Source: Octopus sinensis
Taxonomy: Eukaryota
Direction of reading: 5' to 3'
Assembly (NCBI RefSeq): GCF_006345805.1
Contig: NC_043013.1
Coordinates: 7,812,001-7,876,000, forward strand
DNA length: 64,000 bases
The stretch's first letter is position 1; each line of letters begins with the position of its first letter. Below the pieces are notes generated by a model. The model ran no database searches. It worked only from the letters and a program-made list of their open reading frames with translations, and was not told where the DNA came from. The translations under genes and the position numbers were made by a program. Below are positions 13,438 to 25,959 of the stretch, piece by piece.

Positions 13438-13919
13438 CTTCTGTGTTAAACAGTAATACATTCAACGCATGAATATTCAAACCACTTAACATATTCGTAC
13501 TTCAACCGAACAACATTAGTTCGCACTCTCATTGGTTTACTTTACGAAATGCTTTATTGGAATATAAATCGACCACAATCTTTTATTTTGATGACATCTG
13601 GAAGGATAAAAAGCTTTTTTTGTTTTTTACTTCGCTACGGCAGGATTTGACTTCAGAATACAATGGGCGTAACTAAATACCACAAGGAACTTTGTCTTCT
13701 ATTAGGACACTGAACTTTCTTGATTTTTTTTTTACAATGAAATAGTTAATACTAACTGAAGAGATGCGAGACGTCTGGGAGTCGATAGTTCAAATATGGG
13801 TATCCTAGACTGCATCTTTCACCCAAACGGCCGCTGAACTGATACACATACTAGCTCTTGTTTCCTGACTTTGTCACTTTTACTTTTTCAACACGACTCT
13901 CATCTCCCCGAATCTAGAC

Positions 13920-14172
13920 CAATGGCTCTCAACTAGGGTCTTTGTGACCCTTGGGTGTCCATATACGAATTTGTTCCTAAAATTTATGTGCAATAAATTC
14001 TACAATACACAAAATATTTAAACACTTTCTTTTTGTGTACAATTCCTAATAATATTTTATTATAGAAATGTAATATAATATTTTTAAACCATCGAATGGC
14101 TTTGAGGGGCCACCCGAGTAAAATAGGAATCAAAGGGGCCATAGGTAAAAAAAAAATGGTTGAGAACCGCTG
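13920..14172. mobile_element. hAT (Charlie-like) MITE
   Basis: TIRs caatggctctcaac / gttgagaaccgctg; 8-bp TSD atctagac / atctaggt. Confidence 0.75.
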
Positions 14173-14679
14173 ATCTAGGTAATGTTACCTCCACTCATAC
14201 TTACCTGCTTCATTCATTTCTTTTTCACACTTCATCTATGATGCGTCCATCTTAAGACCCTGTGGTAACTTTCACATTCACTCCTTCGTGACTACTACAT
14301 CAATCCTCTGAAATTCGTCGTCTCTTCACTCTTCACCCATACTGTGACCACCTGATCAGTCTGTATTAACTGCCACAATTAGTCCTTCATGCCCTGAATG
14401 TCAATCTTCTGAAATATCCACCCTGTCGGTCTTTTTCTTTTTTCTTTTTTTAATCTATGGCCATCTGCTGCAGTTATTTAAGAACATCACCTCTGAACGT
14501 AAAAGCCATGGTCACATCTTTCTCCAGAACCTGCTATTAATTGTTTTTTTAAATATTCATAATAATCACTATATTCTAAATTGATGGGAAATATATTACT
14601 TTGTAGTTTTTAACTGATCCCAGCTAAGACTGTTCTTCATCAGCCACCCCCAAGTGATAGCCGCTGCTAAAATTTCATT

Positions 14680-15522
14680 GGTTTGATTATTAGGTTGTTT
14701 CGAAAATAATGCTCTGACTGGCTTCCAGAAAGCTGTAATGGACAACACCAATTGCAGACCACCAGGCAGTCACCATAATCTTTTGCTGATGCAACTTTGG
14801 CTTTGGGAAATGTTTGGAGGACTCATCGGGGTCAAGCCATTGACTTGATCGTTTACGGTTATCATAAAGGATCCACTTTTCGTCACAAGTGACTATTCGG
14901 TCAAGAAAAGGAACATTGGTGCTTTGCAGAAAGAGCATCGAGCACACTTCAAAACGCCGAACTTTTTGATTTTCATTGAGCTCATGCGGTACCTATTTAT
15001 CGAGCTTTTTCACATTATCAATCTTCTACAGATGGCGTGAGACCGTTGCAATACCGACACCAAGTGCCTGAGACCTTTCTCAAGCACTTTCACGAGGGTG
15101 TTGTTCAACAATTGCTTTCAGTTGTTCTTTGTCAAGATTGCCTGACCGTCCTCTACCTTCTTCATCTTCAAGGCTCTCGTGACCACTACGGAATTTCTGA
15201 AACCACCTTCGTAGTGTGCGATCACTTGTGGACTACTCTTGCCATGCTCTGTTGATATGGGCAGCAGTTTGGGAGGCATTGTGTCCAAGCTTGAACTTAT
15301 TCAAGAAAAATAAGCGAAGGTCCTTTTTTGTCATGTTCTTAATTAAGGGCGCCTATGCTTCAGGAATGTTTTCTATCTGAAATAAGTAGAAAATTATTAA
15401 AGAGCATACATCAATTATTAGATATATCAGAATTCACTTAAAATATAATTAAAATACTATAATAAAATTGCGTTTCAGAACACTACACTTAGAGCGGCCA
15501 TTATTTTCGGAACAACCTAATA
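14680..15522 (-). mobile_element. mariner transposon 5' part, degenerate transposase
   Basis: FLDRIVTCDEKWILYDNRKRSSQW..KPKLHQQKIMVTAWW; TIR tattaggttgttccgaaaata ends at 15522. Confidence 0.85.
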
Positions 15523-16872
15523 ATATTTTACTGAATACAACTCTTTAAATGAATAGCTTAAATATGTCGGCTTATTTCACAGTACAACGAAAGTAGGTTC
15601 AATTGACAGTAAATATGTATGTTTATTTGACAGGATGTTAATATCTTTAGAGATTATTGATTGTCTGTTTTACCAAGAGTTAATATTGAAGGAGCTTCTA
15701 CATAGTCGCTTGGCCTGCTAGATAAAGTTAAAGGAGGGATACATTGGATAACAGATTCATATATGCACGGCATAAAATAAAAACGAGATGGTTATGGTTG
15801 CTATGCTATTGATCATGGATCACTCATTTAGAGCTAATACGGAGCTAAGCAACAATATTTAACAAAACAAATATGATGTATGTGAAAATAGCGCGAGAAA
15901 AACAGGAGAATTATAGTTATTCTTCTAGCAATTTAACGTATCACATTTTTTCTATTTGAATAAAGTGTATGTGAATACAGAGGAAAAAGAAAAATAACTT
16001 CCTATAGATCTCACAATGGATGTTTCTTTTGTTGAGAACAAATGTTATAAACGATATACCAAAGATTTACAATTCTCAACAGCTAGAGCTAGACCAGTGT
16101 TTTTCTATCCTTTTTGTCCTACGCCTATCGATTTAAAAATGGAAAAAAATCATTCAGTGAAAACTTTGTTGTAAATTCTATACACGTGTTGTTCTATTCT
16201 GAAGTGACTCATGGCTTGTCAAAGTAATGCTACGTCACAACCCCGAGAAGCATACAACTAGACTGCCTTACCAATTACGATCAATTCCGAAGAGTAAATT
16301 TTGTATAATAGAAACAGGCAGTTTATCATTATTATTATTATCTATTACTTAGATGTAAGCAAGTTGTGCTTGGGACACTTTGAGACTTGCAAGAATCAAA
16401 GAACTTATTTCCAGAGCAAATCCCTGGCCTAAATGCTTTCAACAAAATGTACTTTGCTAAAGATACCCAAGGGCTAGCTGGAGGTGTTAAATCCAGCGGT
16501 AGACTAAGCCTACTACCTCCAGAATTCACACATATACACAACACATTTGAAATGAGATACTCATATAGTACAATCTTTCAAACACACAAAGGCGTAGCAA
16601 GATGGGGCGAGAAAGAGAAGGGCTGTCGCCTTCTCCCGGGAGCAGGAGTAAAGGGGCACAAAATTTCTTTTGGCTAAAATGCTTTTTAATTAAAGTGAAG
16701 GCACGCTAAACATATTTGTCTCCAGAAAACCCTTGCTACCTTTGTACACAGACACGTCATATACATTTTCTCAAACACTACATCTTTATTTCTTTCAGGC
16801 ATGCGCGTGCACGGTTTGTCTACTGATCAAAAATATGTACTCAACGCATTTGAAGGCAAAATGTGATATTAA

Positions 16873-16905
<33 letters not shown>

Positions 16906-17494
16906 GACGTACATCATAATAAAAAAAATCATCGAATCCAATCAAGTCGGGGATTATAGTTTCACATCAACAATAGTCAACAATAATTAGCCCTTAAAAG
17001 TTCGTAAAATTCAGCTTACGTGAGGAGTGAAAACTTTTTACGTTTCGGACTAATTCTCTTCATCAGTGAACCGAAAGAAACTGATTGACCACTGAGCTCA
17101 CCAGACTCTTCGCTTAACTCCCTTTGATCAGATTTAGTAGGACAAAATCTCTCTGAAAGAGCATTCTGTTCCCTAATTTTTTATTTTCGAAAATTTCTGC
17201 AGATTTCTAAGTTTTAAACATAGAAGATATTACAATTCTGAAAATAAAATGCAATCTTTTATCTTTTACTTGTTTCAGTCATTAGACTGCGGCCATACTG
17301 GGGCACCACTGTGAAGAATTTTTAGTCGGATGGATCGCCCCCAGGGCTTATTTTTTAAAGCCTGGTACTTATTCTATCGGTCAATTTTTACCGAATCGCT
17401 ATCTTACGGGAACGTAAACAAACCAACATAGGATGTCAAGCAGTGGTGGGGACCAAATACAGACAAAAAGACTGTCTCCCTCCCACACACACAT

Positions 17495-17530
<36 letters not shown>

Positions 17531-17834
17531 GCAACAAGAACAACAACAACAACAACAATAATAATTTCCTTGGACGGAATTTATAAATAGTTTGATGCAT
17601 CGCTACGTGCGTTTCCACAAATCACGTGTCCCTTATGATCATAGTCCGTATTCCTGGGATGATTACGGTATAGTCTGTAGTATCCTACATTATATCGGTA
17701 CAGCTCGATGCAGCCCCAAGAAACTGGTATTGCCATTTGACATTGCTGTAGCCGGCATAATAGATGAGTGTTTTTATATGCCTATTCAAGACGTTTCCTG
17801 TAAACAAACTTACAAGATATATATATATATGTAA

Positions 17835-18214
17835 CTAGCAGTATCGCCCGGCGTTGCTCAGGTTTGTAAGGGAAATAACTATATAAGCATTTTAGAGATG
17901 TAAAGTATAATAGCCATCTCAATATGGCTAATCACAAAGGGGGATGTTACTGTAGCTTTTTACGTTCTGAGATTTAATAATACATTTTTAGAGAGTTACT
18001 TCCCTTATATAATAGCAAAAAAATGCATTAAAAATGGGAAAAAATTATGGTAAATTTTTTTTTAAATCGTAGACGCGCGCTAATACCCAGAAGGGCTCGA
18101 TATGAATCACGACTATAAGATACCCGCTTTTGGTTACACTGCACCGCAAAATGTGGGAGTAAGGAATCTAAATCGTAGGAGACAGACCCACAACTTTAGT
18201 TTTATATATAAAGA
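17835..18214 (-). mobile_element. Non-autonomous Helitron
   Basis: Minus strand starts A|TC, ends with an imperfect GC-rich hairpin followed by CTAG|T (17835-17838); no TSD. Confidence 0.8.
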
Positions 18215-18218
18215 TGTA

Positions 18219-18490
18219 ATTATAATAAGGGCGACTACTAAGTTGTGCCGCATGCTAGAAGAAGACGCCAAATAGTTCTAAAACTACCTTATCTATTACT
18301 AATAAACAAAAAAGATTTTTTTGAAGGTTTAGCCATAAATCGATCTCTGGCTAAACCTTTTATTAAAAATCTTTTTTGTTCATTTTCCTCGCTTTCAGCC
18401 CGTGCCTATGTGATAAATAAGGTAGTTTTAGAGCCATTTAGCGTTTTCTTCTAGCATATGACGCTACTTAGTATTTGCCCTTATTATAAT
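18219..18490. mobile_element. MITE with ~40-bp imperfect TIRs
   Basis: attataataagggcgactactaagt..catgctagaa versus ttctagcatatg..acttagtatttgcccttattataat. Confidence 0.65.
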
Positions 18491-19050
18491 CATATTTATA
18501 AAATTAAATATTTTGTATAAATTTTTACCTAAATGTTTTTTCTACATGCTAGCTACTTGCTAAAATCCTATATAGATTTTATCCTTGATTTTATATATAT
18601 ATATATATATATACATTGTGTGTGTGTACGACGGGCTTCTCTCAGTTTCCGTCAACCAAATCCACTCACAAGGCTTTGGTCAGCTCAGGGCTATAGAAGA
18701 AGAAACTTTCCCAAAGTGTCGCGCAGTGGAACTGAACCCGGAACAGCTAAAGAAATTTTTTTTTTTCTTTTTTTGCCACATCCACTTTTTTTGCCATGTA
18801 ACACCAGCAACAACAACAACAACAAAAATGTAATACACTGAAATATTTTATTGTAAACGTTAGGCAACATTAATTTCTTAACCCACCCGTCTCCATCCAT
18901 GGGATTACATCCCAAAGGAAAAGATCCTAAAAATCCAGAATCCAGAAGGAAAGTTGTTGCTTTTAATTGACAAACTTAACCACCACCACCACCACCACCA
19001 CCACGAACCATTGTTTTAATTATCTCTGGTTTCAATTAATAAAATTTAAT

Positions 19051-19451
19051 GGCAATCTTTCGTCTCTAGTAGACCTTTCCGTCGATTTCCGTAAAAAAAA
19101 ATATATTTTTTCCATATGGGCTTGCGGGAACTTTTGAAGTAATGAAAGCGAAAGAGATTTTATGACGAGGGAAGTTCTTTTGAAGTTACCGTGCATGGGA
19201 AGCATTGATGTACATGTGTGTGTGTGTGTGTTTGATGGGGTGTGAGAGACAGACAGTATGTTGTGTAAGTGAAGTGCTTCTGTTAGTGTGTGTGAAGAGA
19301 CAGAGTAATGTGTGAAAGAAAGAGATAACTGAATTTTTTTACTCGGTGTATGTGTATATGTATGTATATTACTTCAAAAGTTCCCGCAAGCCCATATGTA
19401 AAAAAAAAAATATTTTTTTACGGAAAGGTCTACTAGAGACGAAAGATCGCC
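19051..19451. mobile_element. Merlin-type MITE (GG termini, 8-bp TSD), family 2
   Basis: ~90-bp TIRs starting ggc(a/g)atctttcgtctctagtagacctttccgt; perfect 8-bp TSD aatttaat (19043-19050, 19452-19459). Confidence 0.75.
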
Positions 19452-19808
19452 AATTTAATTGTTGAAGAACAACCCTAACTCACGAGAAACTCCTAAGTTG
19501 TTGGTTCATATTTAATTAAATAAAATCCTCGCCTTTCTACCTTGTTCCTGCTAATCTCCTCGGCTCGTGATAAGCTCTATCACTCAGAACATGTCGCCTT
19601 CTATTATTGTTGCATTTTCTCCTCTGGCCGTTTCCGACTCTCTTTCTTTCTCTCTCTTTATTTAATGTACCACGACCAGACGAAACATCATTCAAGACTT
19701 TCTTTCATATATGCACATCTTGACTCGAGTTTCGGCTTTGATTTTTTTTACTTTCATGTTCTATTTGTGGGTGTGTATGAATGAGAGTGTCGAGGAAGCA
19801 GCTGGAAA

Positions 19809-20012
19809 ATGAAGAAAGAAGAATCGAATCCTCCTCCTCTGCCCGACGGGAAACGAACCGTTTTGGACCGAGTGAACAGCGATCCCGTCGCCTGTGACCT
19901 GACCATCAGTCTGTTCGTGGCTGCCGTCCATAGTTATCGTCATGATTCTGTCCTGAGACCTTTTCCTCCGGCATTTATCAAAGAAGGTTTCGAAAAAGAC
20001 AAGAAGGCCCTG
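19809..20012 (+). CDS. PARP16: Mono-ADP-ribosyltransferase PARP16 (ARTD15), exon 1
   Basis: [35 protein letters not shown]..DKKAL matches PARP16 [24 protein letters not shown]; donor gtttgt. The six exons total 999 nt = 332 aa + stop. Confidence 0.93.
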
Positions 20013-21700
20013 GTTTGTATCCCTTCTTCTTGTTTTCCCCCTTTCACTAATTTCCTTCATTCCGTCTCATCTTCCGTTTCTTTTCTTCTCTATATCTCCC
20101 TCTATTTATCTATCTATCTATCTATCCATCTACCCATCTGATCTCCATGATCTGTCTATATTTAATTTGATTGCGCCGAGGTCTCGACTTTGCCTTTCAT
20201 CCTTTCGGGGGTTGATAAATTAAGTACCAGCTTCGCACTGGGGAATCGATGTAATTGACTTAATCCCTTTGTCTGTCCTTGTTTGTCCCCCCCCCCTATG
20301 TTTAGCCCCTTGTGGGTAGTGAAGGAAGAAATATATATTTAATTTGATTGTTGTTGTTTAGCCCCATGTCAGCCCTGGCCAGGTACGTCTTTGATCAAAT
20401 TCATTTCGCCCTTGACTCAATTTATCCCGGTACGACAGTACGGTGTGATTTGAGGGAGATTTGACTGCTATTTCAGAATAGCACAGAGACGAGCCGCTTT
20501 CGTTGGCTCGACCTTCTTTCTCTCTCCGACGAGATGCTATCATTTGTATCGTTCATTCATTCTCTCAAACCTCGATTTTATAAATGACACCCTAATATCA
20601 ATAGCATTCTTCATGGATTGGTATCGTTGTCGTCTGCTTTGACACTTAAACAATAACAAACTTCATTACCGCATCTTTACTCATTAATAATTAAACAACT
20701 GCAATAATAATAATTATTGCTCGTAATATAGACACAAGGTCTGAAATTTAGGGCAGAATTAGTCGATTATATCGGTTTCCGGTGCTTGGCTGGTACTTTA
20801 TTTTTTATCAAACCCGGGGATATGAAAAGTAAAGTTTACCTCGCCGGGTTTTGAACTCAGTACGGAAAGAACCGGAGTAAGTTCCGCTAAGCATTTCTCC
20901 AACACTGTAACGATTCTACCAACAAATCAGCCCTGTAATAATTAAAATTTCTAACATAGACACAAAAACACTACGTTTAGGAGAGGCGTATCGTCAATTA
21001 TATTGACTTCAATACTTAACTGGCACCGGCTGACTATTGTTAATCCAGCTTCATTAGAGCCTTAAGGGTGCCAAATTAGTGATTTCACCAAATTAAAGAT
21101 TACAAATTAAGTGTACACTTAACCAAACAGCTAACAACTTCACTCATTAATCAGTACAAGTTAATAATGAAACAAGAACCAGTAAATGAAAATTAAGTGA
21201 AATTTTAATAACCTTCACAAAATGCTGTTTCTAAAGTGAAGAACTAGAATTTGCAGCTAAACACGTACATGTCTTGAGGTGAAGAGCTGTTAGGATTTTT
21301 ATTTTCTTCATTTTGGAGGGTACTAAGATGTCAGGAACTTATCATGACAATAGCAATATACCTGGGTGAGCAAATGTTGAAGCCACTGTATTTTCAATTA
21401 CATTTCTTAACCAACACCTTAAAGTTATTTTTGTGGACATGTCTTGTAAGCCGAGCTATTTCATATATTTTGGCTTTTCTTTCCTTAGTTTATCCTACAG
21501 TATATCAACATCCATTGTTTCTTGTTCACTTATAAATTTATGTTGCTCTAGGGTCTAGACCTTTTAGCAGTTTACCTTTCAACTGAATTAATCTATGAAC
21601 AGAGATACCCTTTTAGCTACATTTTCCTCATTGCTCTCTTTTCCACTAGCTTGTACATTCATCTGCACATTTCTGTGTCAGTGTAATGATGAACAATACT

Positions 21701-22055
21701 CTTTTACTTGTTTCAGTCATTTGACTGTGGCCATGCTGGAGCACCGCCTTTAGTTTTGAGCAAATCGACCCCAGGACTTATTCTTTGTAAGCCTAGTACT
21801 TATTCTGACGTAAACACACCAGCATCGGTTGTCAAGCAATGTTGGGTGGACAAACACAGATACACAAACATATACACATATATATATATACATATATACG
21901 ACGGGTTTCTTTCAGTTTCCATCTACCAAATCCACTCACAAGGCTTTGGTCGGCCTGAGGCTATAGCAGAAGACACTTGCCCAAGATGCCACGCAGTAGG
22001 ACTGAACTCGGAACTATGTGGTTCGTAAGCAAGCTACTTACCACACAGCCACTCC
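21701..22055 (-). mobile_element. Near full-length tRNA/CORE-type SINE
   Basis: Reverse complement of the 7477-7872 family. Confidence 0.85.
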
Positions 22056-22429
22056 TTCGCCTTATACCTGCATCTTCATTTGCATTCATTCATTTCCCAA
22101 CATTATTTTCATACATCTTTGATGCAGGACCCTTTGCAGCAGGAATAATTAAATAATGAGCATGAAAAAAAGCTGATAGAAATATTCTGTCTTTCCTTCA
22201 AAACCCTAAATCCTGTAAAGTTATTTCCAATGTCTTCAAACATTGGAGATTTATCCCATCTATTTTGTACAGTGGGCTGAGCAGCAGAAGGGCTTCAGAG
22301 AAGAAACACCTTTCAGGCAAGTGTTTTAGCCCTTAACTTCTTATACTCTAAGGGTGCTGGGCCACATCCAGGTTATGGCTCCTGGGTGCCCTTCTGCTGA
22401 CACTTTTTAGCCACTTGAATATCAGAGAC

Positions 22430-22715
22430 TTGTGCATTTGCCAGCGCCGCCTCGACTGGCTTCCGTGCCGGTGGCACATAAAATGCACCAATCCGATCAT
22501 GGCCATTACCAGCCTCGCCTGGCACCTGTGCAGGTGGCACGTAAAAAGCATCCACTACACTCACGGAGTGGTTGGCGTTAGGAAGGGCATCCAGCTATAG
22601 AAACATTGCCAGATCAGACTGGAGCCTGGTGCAGCCTTCTGGCTTCCCAGATCCCCGGTCGAACCGTCCAACCCATGCTAGCATGAAGAACGGACGTTAA
22701 ACGATGATGATGATG
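22430..22715 (+). mobile_element. RTE 3'-tail copy
   Basis: Matches 26300-26588, (GAT)n tail. Confidence 0.8.
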
Positions 22716-23002
22716 TAACCTCTCCCTGTTGACTCAGCTTTCAAACTTATACTTAGGGAATTTCTTAGCACTGTGCACAATAAATACATACCATCCATTT
22801 TTCAGGTATTTCTATAGACTTCTTAGCATTGACAACACAAGTAAACCTTATTTTTTTACATTAGATTCCTTGAAAAACTCACATACTTATCTGCTAGAGT
22901 TAACTACACTCAAGAGACACTTCACATATTGGTTGCATTTTTTAGACTTAAAGAAACAGACTATGCCATTTTCCTGGGGTTTATTAATGATGTGCATATA
23001 GG

Positions 23003-23169
23003 CACAGGAGTGGCTGTGTGGTAAGTAGCTTGCTTACAAACCACATGGTCCCAGGTTCAGTCCCACTGCATGGCACCTTGAGCAAGTGTCTTCTACTATA
23101 GCCTCAGGCTGACCAAAGCCTTGTGAGTGGATTCGGTTGATGGAAACTTAAAGAAGCCCGTCGTGTACT

Positions 23170-23214
<45 letters not shown>

Positions 23215-23350
23215 GTATGTATGTCTGTGTGTATGTATGTGTTTGTGTGTCTGTGTCTGTCCCCCCATCCTGGGATCGAGTTGCTCGACTAAAGGCGGTG
23301 CTCCAGCATGGCCGCAGTCAAATGACTGAAACAAATAAAAGAGTAAAAGA
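23003..23350 (+). mobile_element. tRNA/CORE-type SINE with internal deletion
   Basis: Head, CORE-like segment and tail present; middle of the 3' half missing. Confidence 0.8.
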
Positions 23351-23722
23351 GTAGATATAGAAATAACAAGTAAATAAGACAATAACTGCAACAGCAACAA
23401 CAACATCATCATAGACAATAGTTCCTTTTGAATAGAGATGATTGGTGTACTAAACGGTAACAAAAAACAACAATTACTACAACTACTGAACGTCAACAGT
23501 GACTGCTGCTGCTGCTGCTACTACATCATCAACAATAACAACAAATACTTATGCAAGAAGCCCTGCAAAGGTCATGAATTCCACATTCTTCTCATGATTT
23601 AAACTGTCAAATGAAAACAAATCCATTATAACTGACAACAACAATACCAACAGCAATAACAACAAAACCATCTTCATCTACTACTACTACTACTACTACT
23701 ACTATGTTTCAAGAGAGGACAC

Positions 23723-23880
23723 ATGAGTGGCTGTGCGGTAAGTAGCTTGCTTACCAGCCACATGGTTCCGGGTTCATTCCCACTGAATGGCACCTTGGGC
23801 AAGTGTCTTCTGCTATAGCCTCGGGCTGACCAAAGCCTTGTGAGTGGATTTGGTAGACGGAAACTGAAAGGAGCCCGTCA
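23723..23880 (+). mobile_element. 5' half of CORE-type SINE abutting the RTE LINE
   Basis: gagtggctgtgcggtaag..aaactgaaaggagcccgtca then LINE sequence. Confidence 0.8.
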
Positions 23881-25959
23881 TCATCTCGACCCAGAGTAAC
23901 ATGGTGGTGGAACACTGTGGTTGACAGGGCTATTAGACAAAAGAGACAGGCTTGGAAGGACTGGAAGAACGGTGGTAGCAGGGAATTGTATCAGACAGCC
24001 AAAAGGGAAGCTAGGAGACAGGTTTATTTAGCCAGAGGGGAAGCGGATAAGAAAAAATTTGCCAATGTTCTGAGCCGTGAGGATGAAAGACTTGAGGTAT
24101 TTCGTGTTGCAAGACAGTGTGTGAGAGAGAATCGTGATGTGGTAGGAGAGAAGTGTGTTCGCATGGATGATGGTTCACTTGTGCTAAATGAGGATGCAAA
24201 GAGAGAGGTTTGGAGATGCCACTATGAAAGGTTGCTGAATAAAGAAAATGAATGGGATAAAGAGAGTCTGCCGAATGTTGACCCAACAGAGGGACCAGCT
24301 ATCTGAGTTGATAGTTCCGTGGTAGCTAAGGCAATTAGAAGCATGAAGACAGGGAAAGCCCCAGGCCCATCAGGAATTACTGCAGAGATGCTCAAAATAT
24401 CTGGCAGTGTCGGCTATAACCTAGTCACCCGTATAGTCAACCAGGTGATACACGAAGGAGTCATACCCAATGACTGGTGTAGCAGCATACTAGTCAACTG
24501 CTACAAAGGTAAAGGTGATGCCCTGGATACGAATAATTACAGAGGTATCAAGCTGTTGGATCAGGTAATGAAGGTTACGGAGAGGGTCATAGCCCAACTA
24601 ATTAGAGAGAGAGTTAGTTTAGATGAGATGCAGTTTGGGTTTATCCCAGGGAAAAGCACCACTGATGCTATATTCCTGGTAAGGCAGCTGCAGGAGAAAT
24701 ACCTAGCCAAAGATAAGCCCCTGTACCTGGCTTTCGTTGACATGGAGAAAGCCTTTGATAGGGTCCCCCGATCCCTCATCTGGTGGTCAATGAGGAAACT
24801 AGGGATAGATGAATGGCTGGTGAGGGCTGTGCAAGCCATGTACAGAGATGCCGTAAGTAAGGTTAGAGTTGGCAGCATGTACACAGAAGAATTCAAGGTA
24901 GAGGTTGGGGTCCACCAGGGTTCAGTACTCAGCCCCCTCCTATTTATCATAGTCCTCCAGGCAATTGTGGAGGAATTCAAGACAGGTTGCCCCTGGGAGC
25001 TCCTCTATGCTGACGACCTCGCTCTAATCGCTGAGTCACTATCAGAACTGGAGGAGAAGTTCCAGGTGTGGAAGGAGGGTTTAGAATCGAGGGGCCTTAG
25101 AGTCAACCTAGCTAAAACCAAAGTACTAATAAGTAGAAAGTTAGAAAATCCACAAATATCCTCAGGAAGATGGCCCTGCTCGATCTGTAGAAAAGGTATA
25201 GGTAGAAACTCTATAAGATGTACCCAGTGTAAGCTATGGACACATAAGAGGTGCAGCAATGTCAAAGGTAGGCTAACTGGGAAGATAGTTTTTGTATGTG
25301 GCAGATGCTCTGGAGCATTGACCTCCGAAAATCTGCAGAAAACAACTTCCGTCACTTTCCGGGGGGAAAAACTAGAAGTAGTTGATAGCTTCCGCTATCT
25401 AGGTGACCAAGTCAGTAGTGGGGGCGGGTGCGCTGAAAGTGTAACTGCTAGAATAAGAATAGCCTGGGCAAAGTTTAGGGAGCTCTTACCTCTGCTGGTG
25501 ACTAAAGGCCTCTCGCTCAGAGTAAAAGGCAGACTGTATGATGCATGTGTACGAACAGCTATGCTACATGGCAGTGAAACATGGGCCGTGACTGCTGAGG
25601 ACATGCGTAAGCTTGTGAGGAACGAAGCCAGTATGCTCCGATGGATGTGTAATGTCAGTGTACTTACTCGACAGAGCGTTAGTACCTTGAGAGAAATGTT
25701 GTACCTAAGAAGCATCAGTTGTTGTGTGCAAGAGAGACGATTGCGCTGGTATGGTCATGTGGCGAGAATGGATGAAGATAGGTGTGTGAGAAAGTGCCAA
25801 TCCCTAGCAGTTGAGGGAACCCGTGGAAGAGGTAGACCCAGGAAAACCTGGGACGAAGTGGTGAAGCACGACCTTCGGACGTTAGGTCACACCATGGAAA
25901 TGACTAGAGACCGAGACCTATGGAAGTATGCTGTGCGTGAGAAGACCTGGCAAGACTAG
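23881..25959 (+). pseudogene. RTE ORF2 remnant (RT + PHD-like finger + thumb) with one premature stop
   Basis: Track ORFs 23917-24306 and 24319-25959 are in the same frame, separated by a single TGA at 24304-24306. Confidence 0.9.

Noticed and set aside
22729-23001. 90-aa ORF with LHFLDLKK
   Set aside because: Likely a decayed RT remnant (FLDLKKAYD-like); no splice signals tying it to PARP16, whose exon phases are already complete.
24011-25715. Several antisense ORFs (91-139 aa) over the LINE
   Set aside because: Shadow frames of the RT coding sequence.
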